Part shown: in pieces, positions 21,401 to 29,552 of the stretch
Layout: every line of letters starts with the position of its first letter
How positions within the stretch are numbered: the stretch's first letter is position 1
From: a virus
Length of the DNA: 64,000 nt
Strand: one strand, 5' to 3'
Virus record (IMG/VR): IMGVR_UViG_3300025127_000017
Coordinates: 1-64,000 of that record
The notes under the pieces: model-generated
What the model saw: only the letters and a program-made list of their open reading frames with translations
Database searches by the model: none
What the model was told of the DNA's origin: nothing
Program-made: the position numbers and the translations under genes

Positions 21401-21576
21401 GTTCCTACTTCTACAAAAGTTTCACTCGATGTAGAATCATCAGGATAAATTAAAGTGAATAATCTATCCGTAGAACCAAAACTGGTGTTCGATTCAATTA
21501 GAGGATTAGTAGGAGTTTTATATCCATTACCACTACTAAAAGTAGTTTCACCTTTTTGAAAGACCGTGATTGCCAT
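15472..21576 (-). CDS. Giant (2034 aa) tail-tip/baseplate-associated structural protein
   Basis: It is one uninterrupted ORF with a Ser/Thr/Asn-rich, beta-type composition. Its position downstream of the tape measure and Dit-like genes matches a Tal or central-fiber protein. Confidence 0.55.
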   Translation of the reverse strand: MAITVFQKGETTFSSGNGYKTPTNPLIESNTSFGSTDRLFTLIYPDDSTSSETFVEVGTSSENTERNNLQTTKGFRIKCFDSITSTGVQLTGGDYDSTFHYFVLIHSDDHLKHHFARVTDIITEDVVGDAFEFTPALGKEIPKDTKFMLFKGPALTTTAIAFSAGIKQDLKASLVVSSPLFHLLESSLNKKNELDHNTKYFVRLNKTDSGGTTTLDTNSEEYTFVTEQEFSNKILDYSKYSMQLTLVDKLKDLDNPSTHTSNEGNTINSLDYTDYDDAFPNARRDNDDLINPTSQIVNEGPIRYLHYDFSPTKVNVLDNVIDNKLEQSIGNRGGFCETKIMNPSRMLTSKITEFDKYRVRHRVFTGDLNEFVDMKITLGSLITTFSDARYNLITDYSDATNFINVGDEIRIGNRILICAIITSSVIKFEEYSRLETESSFTNSTSLTSLTGTLQRRAYNYQDNTILTSFNLLAGRSSELYVKTMSKDMEFIESSVTAVDATHGLITLSSNSQSYSSDSSLRYSLGSYHIEVERFSGTIEKVDSYKEDSQNYVELSGRSDISKLFGPIINKDTAFSEDIIYSTLSPYNTLSEIRAVNYTIALGGTSLNTGVIASSLTVIPLVGDRLFTVNGYIGEVLTAVPDGSAHWNLTFTPSLTKVHSERVYVETDKNYIFNKALSSSHLASVNPTSLSGSAGKGVFFTSGKEITMSDGSEGNDLVGSSINTNPKAIGYHINDPISIKNDNAFQAKFVDEIGSESDSSFDTVNTLIDFEVVNTNSKEGITEIELAPYVPITLGRKIPKFLNTDENSSVTAIGELIARETFSSTAKAFALNLLVTNTTSTAWTNAKVGEPVFRLDSENYIFMGILRFISFTKTSSQNSVVFHLDRDVTYSAGITIYHLNADMQELSFINGKHLATGKIITLPHPKITSTGSVPLNHQNPHNTNEDIFKKFGQPMYRLNSVALGNFNYFNAVAGLPITSSIAIHQLNTYAKNVSKINYLSEVYQFKPKTGSSNVTIRGKTNSSDKHWYYDERGKVGVFGSNFTDTIFHTNSVKTRALPFYGLSPLSDFNAHIFRKNALENTDNSFLRLFLYINSDILPYSSLRKDSLFNGSKDITNYNVLLLQDKSIEDNALGDETGNRIKLQDTNYSTNVITSSDFSNSIKRCGMMRLTEMCFDYAFNPFNPEKEIDIEQNVNSSTNLFTFYRTFAYTDIGTINVSSTLSQHGAGNTRVIVFNSAVSFSSSTLLVDARGNFIGTAPSASSSNNHTLASDVFYTGEDAALTTDNIFAVTQTGSHIPQIIVRGENLYGTRSSNLVKKHAGAVIPSLSQYGKTQGTAFSQNSNADISLPSDSEIFLPIRDGTAISSFSADTHPFRVFSGLISNIASDYYKGTIAVCLDRYDIEDGGKFKLEAGNVSDVLTTNDSTESFHIIKSNLHFKDFSNAIDTSANTHSDSIPFVADGIVLGFKCRLWVSSSSRTANTTLNSSNGTIRKNTMDATNANAFLEFVDLTGCYLIMEKDAVEGDTGTQTTVAYLNESIPEEIIYVISHEIDVSNHTNHVLITDKELTNDRAYRLMQPNEVCMYNFTPEDIVFNKLSSRYTKKANSNETYKNNSSYLYQQNIKDHRENEGILSMYVAVDIDKQTTDDYIVIRDIDKIYTELFPQENTYSLYASDGEHNKKISISVNRKQDTDKKYYSTFSETFFCKGIVSLSETFTVQSRGTLEIVPNRAYIGTTATIANETEELINELMEENNITFDLETQDYPLYLAPNYQGVDLFSAINFLLEQKDLTLFEENGTFKIKDRLANDFFKGIVLNETGEYQIFDFEESKNMFNFYNQITVYGRNHKKIRKDISSINKVGLKAFEVFNAELTTQEDVNKEASALLKLHSSSNKKLKITVGHSKISQIKVGDIINVEIPRENIPLSQFMVLQIEYLLTGLMVLELGKYSKGLEDRFADLIIQNKKINSQLRNESFKESESLDFLEEVKINQIRLFARKRTSSGTFKLGFGTTLNTGTNTLGHGVGTGITFTTLIDEELI

Positions 21577-22709
21577 TATAAATCAATCTCCTCAAATCTA
21601 AGATAAAGTAATGTGTTGTTAAGGCTTGGTAAAAGAGTCTCTTTATTTACAAACGTTGTTTTAGGAATATTTAAGATAGACATTTCGTGCATTTCTCCCA
21701 TAAATTGTTTATTTGTTATTGCTGATAGTGTTCCTGTTGCACCTGTTCCATTAGCACCAATAAAACTATCTGTTCTACCAAAAGAAAATGTTCCTGATTG
21801 AGTATGCTTGGTACTTAGAACATTAATTCCATTTAGGAAAATATTGATTCTATTACTTGATTGAGTATATGTGCAAGCAATGTGATAAGTATTGTTAATA
21901 TAAGAAGCCTCCTTCCTAGAATGAATAAATACTTTTGTGCCATTACTCAAGGTCGGAGAATATGAAGCGTTGAGAGTAACGTCCGTCGTTCCGTTGATGC
22001 TGGCAATAGTACCAATAGATGTAAATGTAAAACCATCTCTAATGAAGAGTTCTTGGTTCGCATGGCACTGATTTTCTACTGTACCAGAAAGACCGATAAC
22101 AGCACCGCTATGCGAGGTAGTCGAGCCTAGCAAATCAAATGTTCTTCGGCCATTACTGTCAAATCCTTCAGTATCGGAAGTAGAACTCCATTTGAACATA
22201 GAACTTTTATTAGCCGTAATAACTGCGCTTGTTGTAGTAAAGGTTTGAGTGCTTCCTCCAATATCCATTGAAACTTTTATTTTATATTCAGCAGGTTGAT
22301 TCTCATTAAATGAAGTAGCATTAAGTAAAGAAACAGAAAATTTATCATTACTAAATATTCTCATTTCATGTGTCAATCTTCCACCACTAACGGGAAGATA
22401 AAGTTCACTTTGGTAGTTTGCAGTTGTAGATTGATGACTATTCGATGGCATTATCTTTTTACTTAATGTAAAACTAGGAATAGTACCACTTGCACTTTGA
22501 CGACCATAACCATTAATATCATATGGCGTAACAATTGCTTCAAAAGTAAATGAACCTTCATGGTCAAATAATCCATAAGCAATATCATTAGATGTATCTC
22601 CATCACTATTTGTATCAACTACATTATCTGAATAATCTAGTTTAACAAATCCATTACACATAACAGGAAAGACTAAACTCCTTTTCTTACCTGCTAATAC
22701 TTGATACAT
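21576..22709 (-). CDS. Concanavalin A-like lectin (LamG-type) domain tail protein
   Basis: The C-terminal pattern YHIACTYTQSSNRINIFLNGINV...FIGANG...FMGEMHEMSILN matches the LamG/Laminin_G_3 signature. Confidence 0.55.
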   Translation of the reverse strand: MYQVLAGKKRSLVFPVMCNGFVKLDYSDNVVDTNSDGDTSNDIAYGLFDHEGSFTFEAIVTPYDINGYGRQSASGTIPSFTLSKKIMPSNSHQSTTANYQSELYLPVSGGRLTHEMRIFSNDKFSVSLLNATSFNENQPAEYKIKVSMDIGGSTQTFTTTSAVITANKSSMFKWSSTSDTEGFDSNGRRTFDLLGSTTSHSGAVIGLSGTVENQCHANQELFIRDGFTFTSIGTIASINGTTDVTLNASYSPTLSNGTKVFIHSRKEASYINNTYHIACTYTQSSNRINIFLNGINVLSTKHTQSGTFSFGRTDSFIGANGTGATGTLSAITNKQFMGEMHEMSILNIPKTTFVNKETLLPSLNNTLLYLRFEEIDL

Positions 22710-22719
22710 TTAATTCACC

Positions 22720-23376
22720 TCAAGGAGTAATTGATGCAACTTGGAAATCTAAATTAAAACTCACTTCAACTGTTTCAGCAGAAAAATCAAAACTAAATGA
22801 ACGAATAAAACCTGTTAAGCCTTTTGCTGTTGCTAAATCTGGAAAATCAGAAATTTTAGCAGGAACACCTAAGTTATCGCTTGTATTGTTATCACCCCTC
22901 GAAGCAAAGTTAAAAGGAACATTTACTGCGGTATCAATATTATTTACATCAACACCTGCTCTTTGTTGTGTTTGGTCATTACCTACAAAGGAAGGATAAA
23001 GAATAACTAGTTCTGAAAACGCTTGATTTTTTGCTAATCCTGTCGAATCAACACCCGATGCAATCATTTGTGCAACTTCATGAGCAGTATAAGTTAAGGT
23101 AGTAAAATCATTATTACCTGTCCTATCCTTAGTAATTGCAGTATCAATAAGAAAACCTTGAAGAGAAATTGATTTATCAGACATTCCTAAATCTAAAGCA
23201 GCAGTAATTGACTCACCTGTTGCAATGCCAGATAAAGGAACAGGAAATGCAGGAATTGTTTTAGTTACAGTAAACGAAGCACTAACTACTCTTAATGGTA
23301 TTGTATTCTTTGTAATGTCTGTTTCACCGTCTTCAAACGCCTGTGTTTTCAAATAAACGTAATATTCCCTTGTCAT
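22720..23376 (-). CDS. Putative distal tail (Dit-like) protein
   Basis: The protein is 218 aa and lies immediately downstream of the tape measure gene. The call is by position only. Confidence 0.35.
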   Translation of the reverse strand: MTREYYVYLKTQAFEDGETDITKNTIPLRVVSASFTVTKTIPAFPVPLSGIATGESITAALDLGMSDKSISLQGFLIDTAITKDRTGNNDFTTLTYTAHEVAQMIASGVDSTGLAKNQAFSELVILYPSFVGNDQTQQRAGVDVNNIDTAVNVPFNFASRGDNNTSDNLGVPAKISDFPDLATAKGLTGFIRSFSFDFSAETVEVSFNLDFQVASITP

Positions 23377-23380
23377 TTAA

Positions 23381-25138
23381 TCACCCTAATGTTCTTGACG
23401 AAGTTCGTCTGTTAATTTTATTATTTACCATATTTCCAATCTTATCTGCAATACGTCTTAATTCTGCATCAGAAGTATCTCTTGCGTTAATTGTAATGTT
23501 GATTGTATTTCCTCCAGAAGATGCAAGCATTTTCTTTGAGTTTTTATTTGAATGAACTCTTGAGCCTTTTGGCAAACTAACTAATTCTGGGCCTCTTTCT
23601 CCAACAACTTGTAATGGTGTACTAACTTCTCCCCCATTTGCTAGAAAGCCGACTTTATCAAAAAGAAGACCAACAAACCATCTTCCTATTCCATACAAAG
23701 CCGCCAATATGACTACTCCCATCATTACTGGTAATGCATAAATTCCAATTAATAATGCTATTTGAGTTAATGCATATTTTACGAAATAAGCAGTAAGTAA
23801 TATTAGACCAAATTTAAGTAATAATCCACCAACCATCTTCTGTGTTTTAGCACTAGTAAATAGCAAATAAGTTCCTCTTACTACGGTATCAAATAGGCTA
23901 TAAAATACTCCCGATGCTATTCCCCAAAGAAGTTGAAGACCTGCTAGCAATGCTCTCAAACCTAAAAATATTAAACTATTTAATATAGTATTCAAATATT
24001 CAAACGCTAATTGATAATCTCCACCAATAAAAGCCCCAACTAATCCAAAGAAAGCCCCTATTATATTTATCGCTAAATTAAACATTTCTGCCAAGTTTGA
24101 CATAACACCTAATTCTCGAAGCATTCCTCCTATATCGTGAGCAAATTTAAGGAATAATAGTATTCCCATAAATACAAACATGGACATAATAAGGGCTTTG
24201 AATAAGAAATTTAAAACAGGTCTTGCTGCTTTAGCGAATTTAATCATAAAGATTTGATATTTGATTTTAAATTTTTCATAGAATTCCATTAATTTAGAAA
24301 ATCTTTCTTGCCATTTAGCCTTAGTAAACCACCTTTCTCTAAACTTATCGAAGTCTTCTTTACTTAATCTTTTCTCTTCAGACATGATGTTTTTTGCGGT
24401 TTCCTTAAACCTTTCTCTTCTAGTTCTTCCGCTACTTGAACCCATTCCCACCTTATCTCTATCAATGTCTTCTTGAAGTTTTACTCTTCCTCCCTCAGTT
24501 GATAATAATTCTTTAAATTCTTTGGCCTGTTTTGCTTGTTTTTGTAGGCCTTCAAATATTTCTTTTTGTTTCTGTCCTTTTGCGACTATTTCTTTGAATC
24601 CTTCTAGTTGTGCTTTTCTCATTTCTTTTTCTGTTGTAGCGCCCTCTAATATTGCTTTGTTGTAAGCGTAAGTATTTTTTATTGCTTCTTTTAATTCTTC
24701 ATTACCTTCCTTTGCAAGGTTAGTATCTAAAAACCTATAATGGTCTTTTCCTGTAACTTTCTTTAGATTTTCTAACTGGTCATTCAGTTGTAAAGTTGAT
24801 TTGAGTTTTGACTCTAAACTTTTATATGCCTGAACTTGGTCAATAACTGCTTGATTGGCTTCTTTTTGTGCTTTAGCGTTTTGTCTTGCCCTGCTCTCAA
24901 ATCCAGCAAGAATATCTACATACGCTCTTAATTTATTCTGAACAGACCATATAGGGCTTCCAGAAACTAAACGACTGAACGTAGTCCATGCCCTTCCAGA
25001 TTTAGAAGTAGAAACGCTCAAATCTCCAACCTTTCTAATAAAAGAAAGAGTTTTAGTGTCGGTCAAATCTAAAGTTGAATTTAAATCATTTAGCGAACCC
25101 GCTAATTTTTTAATTTCATCTTCGGCCATAACCTGCAC
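23381..25138 (-). CDS. Tail tape measure protein
   Basis: The N-terminal half is coiled coil and is followed by several hydrophobic segments. The gene follows the chaperone pair, as is canonical. Confidence 0.7.
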   Translation of the reverse strand: MQVMAEDEIKKLAGSLNDLNSTLDLTDTKTLSFIRKVGDLSVSTSKSGRAWTTFSRLVSGSPIWSVQNKLRAYVDILAGFESRARQNAKAQKEANQAVIDQVQAYKSLESKLKSTLQLNDQLENLKKVTGKDHYRFLDTNLAKEGNEELKEAIKNTYAYNKAILEGATTEKEMRKAQLEGFKEIVAKGQKQKEIFEGLQKQAKQAKEFKELLSTEGGRVKLQEDIDRDKVGMGSSSGRTRRERFKETAKNIMSEEKRLSKEDFDKFRERWFTKAKWQERFSKLMEFYEKFKIKYQIFMIKFAKAARPVLNFLFKALIMSMFVFMGILLFLKFAHDIGGMLRELGVMSNLAEMFNLAINIIGAFFGLVGAFIGGDYQLAFEYLNTILNSLIFLGLRALLAGLQLLWGIASGVFYSLFDTVVRGTYLLFTSAKTQKMVGGLLLKFGLILLTAYFVKYALTQIALLIGIYALPVMMGVVILAALYGIGRWFVGLLFDKVGFLANGGEVSTPLQVVGERGPELVSLPKGSRVHSNKNSKKMLASSGGNTINITINARDTSDAELRRIADKIGNMVNNKINRRTSSRTLG

Positions 25139-25346
25139 CTTTGGCTTTGTTTTCGGCTTTTTCCATTTCTTCCATTTTCATTTTTTCTATACTAGAATGA
25201 ACACTTAGCAAATCTTTTACTAATTCAACAGGCATCTTATAAACTTCTAACGGACTAATTGATAGTGCGCTAGAAAGAGAATAAACCATAATTAACGAAA
25301 CTGTTTTAGGGTCTGCTTTTTTACCTTTTAAAGCATCCCTAATCAT
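25116..25346 (-). CDS. Tail assembly chaperone, T-like frame (possibly made only as a -1 frameshift fusion)
   Basis: The 76-aa ORF overlaps the upstream chaperone as ATGA. Its frame is the -1 frame relative to that gene. Confidence 0.5.
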   Translation of the reverse strand: MIRDALKGKKADPKTVSLIMVYSLSSALSISPLEVYKMPVELVKDLLSVHSSIEKMKMEEMEKAENKAKGAGYGRR

Positions 25347-25720
25347 TCGTTTTTTTGTTCATCCTCCTGCATCATCAACATTGGATTTGGTAAAATCTCT
25401 TTAATTTGATTTCCGACAAAAGGACTTAATCTAAGCATATCAATAGTAGATAGACTTGGTTCTGTTTTGGAGATGAAATTCTCAACCATATAGCGATACA
25501 TTGCATTTAGGTCGAGGTCAAACGACTGTGTGCGAGAATCAATCTTCATCACACTATTCAAGGCTTTTTCGGCTTCAAGCCATGTGGGTTCTTTAATCCA
25601 CACCTTGAGATATTCTTCACTTTCGGGTGCTACTTTAATATAATGTAGCGTAGGCTCATTTAGTGCAAATAATACACTCTTATCTGTAATAACTTTCTTA
25701 TCGTTTAACATTTCATCCAC
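25343..25720 (-). CDS. Tail assembly chaperone (gpG-like)
   Basis: This 125-aa acidic protein lies two genes upstream of the tape measure. It ends with the slippery CAA AAA AAC. Confidence 0.55.
   Translation of the reverse strand: MDEMLNDKKVITDKSVLFALNEPTLHYIKVAPESEEYLKVWIKEPTWLEAEKALNSVMKIDSRTQSFDLDLNAMYRYMVENFISKTEPSLSTIDMLRLSPFVGNQIKEILPNPMLMMQEDEQKNE
25349..25355 (-). promoter_or_regulatory. Candidate -1 programmed ribosomal frameshift heptamer A_AAA_AAC
   Basis: The minus strand reads GAA CAA AAA AAC GAA TGA. The -1 frame continues CGA ATG ATT AGG..., which is the downstream ORF. That frame is closed by a TGA only four codons upstream of the heptamer. Confidence 0.5.
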
Positions 25721-25869
25721 CTTTTATACCAACAAACAAACAAACGGTGTTGGTGGAATATTATTCTTGTAATTTACTTGTAGTCTTTTTTGGAGTTTCC
25801 TTTTTAGTTTCTTTGGGTTTTTTAGCCAACTGTTCTTTAAGGCGTAATTTATCATACTTATCCATAAAA

Positions 25870-27513
25870 TCACCCTTGTAGAATCCAATGAGTTCTAACT
25901 TCACAAGTATTTAGATTTCTTGGCATTACAGTTCCTTCTACTGTAATTGGCCCTTTATCATCTGGAATGGTAAAGTTGGCAGAACCTAAGAAGTAGTCTT
26001 GGAACTTTAATAGAATTTGCTCATTGAGAGTTCCATCAGGTGCGTTCTTATCAAATTGTAGAGTAATAAGATTGCTTGTTCCTTCTTCCGTTTGGTCGAG
26101 AAGTTCCTCGAATAACTTGTTGTCTGTAACCATAGCAGTAAAAGAAAGTTCATATGTTCTTTGAGCAGGAACGCCAGTTTTAATTGATTTGTTTCCAACA
26201 CCAATAAATCTTTTATCTTGTAAGTTATTATTAATAGTCAATGTCATATTTGTAATTTTAAGGAACTGCTCTCCAAAGATAGTGAAAGAACCACTTGAAA
26301 AGAAAAATGGCTCAAGTGATTCTTCTCCTGTTGCAGTTAATGTATTTGAACCACTTCCAAAGTTAAATAAATTAGCATTATCATCAACACCTGCACGACC
26401 TTCATATGCTTCATTTGTTTTTAATTTATGAACTGCTCTTGTATTCAAATCAAGAGTCATTTTGACTTCTTCATTTTCATTAGCCGTCATTGTTAAAGTA
26501 TTGACTCTATTACCTCTTGCAATACGAACAAAGTTATGAGATTCAGTTGCTAATGTAGTATCTCCTGTTCTGTGTGGGTTGGTTGCTTCTAATTTGCTCA
26601 TGTTTTGTTCTAATCCAAACGAAGGCAATTCCTCACCATTTGCCTCAGCAAATGTATATTTGATTGGATTTGTTAAAACACCGCTTGCATTATACTCTGG
26701 TAATGTTAATAGTGCCATATGTGTAGCAGTATCTTGATTTGCTACTGGAGGAATCATAAATGTAGAATCTCTTGCAGTTCTGTAAAAGATTGGCCCTGTC
26801 GATGTAAAACCTGTAATGTTATCATCAAATACTTTTGCAGTTGCGGTTTCTCCAATGTCCAAATAATGAACATTGTTTGCATGAGCAGTATATGGTGGAG
26901 TTGCTGGGTCTAATGAAGAACTTCCAGTAAAGGTTGCGTTAATTTGTGTGCATTTCCCTAAAGCATAATAAAGCCATGTTCCTTGATTATTAACAATAGC
27001 CAAATTACCTCCGCTTGCAGTTTCAATACCTTTGTATTGATGAGTAAAGTTTCTTGAACCTCCCAAAGATAAATTCATTTGTTTCATTTCTACTTCAAGA
27101 TTAGGGAATGTTGCGGTTTCTAAAAGACCTAACCAATTATCAGCACTTAATCGTGCAATAGAACCTGTTAAGGTTGTTGGGGCAGGTGCGCCATATCCTC
27201 TAATAACAATGAAATCTGTTGCATCTTGGATAGTTAAGGTATGTGCAGGAGAAATTGTAATAGATGTAGTATCATTAGCAGTAATAACGTGAGTAGAATG
27301 AACTTCCGTTGTAGAATCAGAAGCATCGAATAAATCAACAACACATCCAACGTAGAGGTTTTCTACCATTCTTATGTTATCTGTCCAAAGGGCATCAGCA
27401 ACCAGTTTAGTTGATGTTGAGCCTGAATTGTTCAATATGACTTTTAAATCCAATTCTGGAATCATAGTCAAAGTTGCGCCACTGCCTAAAAATATATCTG
27501 TATTTACTGCCAT
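25870..27513 (-). CDS. Putative major tail protein (tube or sheath class unresolved)
   Basis: This 547-aa beta-rich protein lies directly upstream of the chaperone and tape-measure genes. The call is by position only. Confidence 0.4.
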   Translation of the reverse strand: MAVNTDIFLGSGATLTMIPELDLKVILNNSGSTSTKLVADALWTDNIRMVENLYVGCVVDLFDASDSTTEVHSTHVITANDTTSITISPAHTLTIQDATDFIVIRGYGAPAPTTLTGSIARLSADNWLGLLETATFPNLEVEMKQMNLSLGGSRNFTHQYKGIETASGGNLAIVNNQGTWLYYALGKCTQINATFTGSSSLDPATPPYTAHANNVHYLDIGETATAKVFDDNITGFTSTGPIFYRTARDSTFMIPPVANQDTATHMALLTLPEYNASGVLTNPIKYTFAEANGEELPSFGLEQNMSKLEATNPHRTGDTTLATESHNFVRIARGNRVNTLTMTANENEEVKMTLDLNTRAVHKLKTNEAYEGRAGVDDNANLFNFGSGSNTLTATGEESLEPFFFSSGSFTIFGEQFLKITNMTLTINNNLQDKRFIGVGNKSIKTGVPAQRTYELSFTAMVTDNKLFEELLDQTEEGTSNLITLQFDKNAPDGTLNEQILLKFQDYFLGSANFTIPDDKGPITVEGTVMPRNLNTCEVRTHWILQG

Positions 27514-27544
27514 CTCTTAATCTCCCCCTTCCTTTACTTACTTA

Positions 27545-27907
27545 CTAGGGAATACTTAATGCGAATCTTTTTGCTTCTATACTTAATTTATATCCAAATA
27601 ATCTCTTTGCTCGGTCATTTGATTCGCTTCTTGAACCTACAAATATTTGATTGAATTTAGAACCATCACTTGCAGTATAGCCTCTTCGACTTCGCTCAAG
27701 TACATGACGGGCAATCAAGTATAAAGCCCTTAGCCTATCTCGGCCAAAATTTGAGTCCGTTCCGGCCCTTTCATCGTGAATTGTTCTAATGTGCATAGTA
27801 AACCCATATGTTTCATTTCTAACGTCATAATGAACAGTAGGATATTCTAAGTTCTGACTGTCTTCAAAGAAGATAATAACGTCTTTTGATGATAAATCGT
27901 ATCTCAT
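27545..27907 (-). CDS. Hypothetical virion protein (120 aa, head-tail joining region)
   Basis: The ORF is in the operon orientation. Its frame stays open 125 nt further upstream without a canonical start. Confidence 0.5.
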   Translation of the reverse strand: MRYDLSSKDVIIFFEDSQNLEYPTVHYDVRNETYGFTMHIRTIHDERAGTDSNFGRDRLRALYLIARHVLERSRRGYTASDGSKFNQIFVGSRSESNDRAKRLFGYKLSIEAKRFALSIP

Positions 27908-28032
27908 ACCCTTTCCTTTTTCTAGTGTCCTAACGTCAATAAAGTTCGGAGTCGCTACATGGTCTGCTGAAATAGTTCCAGCACTTTGTAGAGTTGTAGC
28001 AGAACTAACCCAATTAGTAGAAACTAAATCAA

Positions 28033-28239
28033 TTAAAAGGCTGACTTCATCAATAATGATACCTCCTTTGATACGTATTTTGCAAATGATTCTTTTGCGT
28101 TTCTAATCATTTCTTCTTTACTGAATGTAACATCATAGCCTAAGATTTGAGATAATTCTTGCATAGCCAATTGTCTTTCTTGTTCTATTTTTAGAAACTC
28201 TTGAAACTTCGTTGTAGTTATTTCAATATCTTCAAACAT
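28033..28239 (-). CDS. Hypothetical protein (68 aa)
   Basis: The ORF is in the operon orientation and follows the 434-aa gene closely. Confidence 0.5.
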   Translation of the reverse strand: MFEDIEITTTKFQEFLKIEQERQLAMQELSQILGYDVTFSKEEMIRNAKESFAKYVSKEVSLLMKSAF

Positions 28240-28243
28240 ATTA

Positions 28244-29548
28244 TCAACCTAAGAAATATACTAAATCAGACTTACCAGACAAAATATCCATTGCTTCTTT
28301 CTTCAATATATCGTACTTTTCTTTTGTAGATATATTGCCACCTGTTTCACCGATTAGAATAGTTTGGTCATCATGTCTTAGAATTTCTGCTGCAACTAAT
28401 TTAGTGGCCGCTTCATGAATAGCAGCAGGTACTCTATTATCTCCTGCAATATATGAAACAATGATAGAGTTTTGAGTATGATATGGATAATCTTGTAAGA
28501 AGAATATTTTACCCTCTTCGCCAATATTCCAAAAAGAACCTAATCTCTTTAAGTCTTGTTTGTCCGTAAATCTTGTAACATTACATATTGTAGGTATTGC
28601 AGTGTTTGTTGCAGTAAATGTAACATTCCCACTTACAGACCCAGTTGTAGTGTGGCTTAAAACAACAGTTGTTGAATCAGTAATAGAACTGATAGTCGAG
28701 GATGAATTGATATTTGTTCCTGAAACTGCCATTCCTACAACTAATTTACTAGAGTCTGCAACAGTTAAATTTGTTGTCGTTCCTGATGTTGAACCAGTTT
28801 GCCGAGTTTTAACTTTAATTGTGCAATCAGAACCATCCTCTCCAGCCAACAATGAAGAAATAAATACTTCTTTTGAGTTTTCTGTATTCTTATGGGCATA
28901 AAAGAAATCAGAAATGTTTCTATTATTTGAGATTAATTGTTTTGCTTCTGTTGCTCCTGTAAATTGTGCAGTTGGTGATGGGAACTGTTCATTAATTAAA
29001 GATACTAATTCATTAGCAGTTGTTTTTTCTCCAAAAGATGTATTAAATTCTTCTTTTTGTAGAGAACCAGTATCTTCTGAAAACATTTCAAATTCTGTTC
29101 CGCTATTTGGTAATTGCAATACTATTGAGTAAATATCTCTATAATTCTCAAGTAATTCAATCTTTGCTTGTGCTGATGCCAGTTCAATATAACTACTTCC
29201 TTGCCAAACTTGAAGAGAAACAATCTTTCTCACTTTCATCAAGGAAAGTTGAACATAGCCAACATAACCACCATAGTATGCTCTAGCAGGATGTCTAATG
29301 AATTCAAAGTTATGATATTCATGTTGGGTAATAATTGGGCGATATGACCTCTTAGCCTTGTCATCGACCATGCCCTCTACATACTTTATGATTGAACCTA
29401 CCTGTGATTCGGAGGGGTTAGTGGTGGAAGAAAATGCTGAAACTTGAAGTAAATCGGCAACTGCTCCTTTATCTGTGTAAAAACCATTACCTGTTGAATA
29501 GTCTACGTTAATTGATGTATAATCACTTGGCGAGCGAACTGTTCCCAT
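28244..29548 (-). CDS. Possible head-tail adaptor with an inserted Ser/Thr-rich domain
   Basis: The N-terminal segment (VADLLQV...SQVGSIIKYVEGMVDD) and the C-terminal segment (PAAIHEAATKLVAAEILRHDD) loosely resemble gp6-type connector ends. The evidence is weak. Confidence 0.3.
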   Translation of the reverse strand: MGTVRSPSDYTSINVDYSTGNGFYTDKGAVADLLQVSAFSSTTNPSESQVGSIIKYVEGMVDDKAKRSYRPIITQHEYHNFEFIRHPARAYYGGYVGYVQLSLMKVRKIVSLQVWQGSSYIELASAQAKIELLENYRDIYSIVLQLPNSGTEFEMFSEDTGSLQKEEFNTSFGEKTTANELVSLINEQFPSPTAQFTGATEAKQLISNNRNISDFFYAHKNTENSKEVFISSLLAGEDGSDCTIKVKTRQTGSTSGTTTNLTVADSSKLVVGMAVSGTNINSSSTISSITDSTTVVLSHTTTGSVSGNVTFTATNTAIPTICNVTRFTDKQDLKRLGSFWNIGEEGKIFFLQDYPYHTQNSIIVSYIAGDNRVPAAIHEAATKLVAAEILRHDDQTILIGETGGNISTKEKYDILKKEAMDILSGKSDLVYFLG

Positions 29549-29552
29549 AATA

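Noticed and set aside
25761-25865. A 34-aa Lys-rich ORF (MDKYDKLRLKEQLAKKPKETKKETPKKTTSKLQE) in the gap between the putative major tail gene and the chaperone gene
   Set aside because: It is very short, of low complexity and has no clear SD. It could be real, but the sequence alone does not support it.
27908-28032. A 125-nt gap whose frame is open and continuous with the 27545-27907 ORF, in the -1 frame relative to the 28033-28239 ORF (a possible frameshift fusion or non-AUG start)
   Set aside because: The overlap window has no convincing slippery heptamer (only A_AAG-type fragments) and no canonical start codon. Chance openness in a low-GC frame is plausible. I note it only as something to recheck in related genomes.
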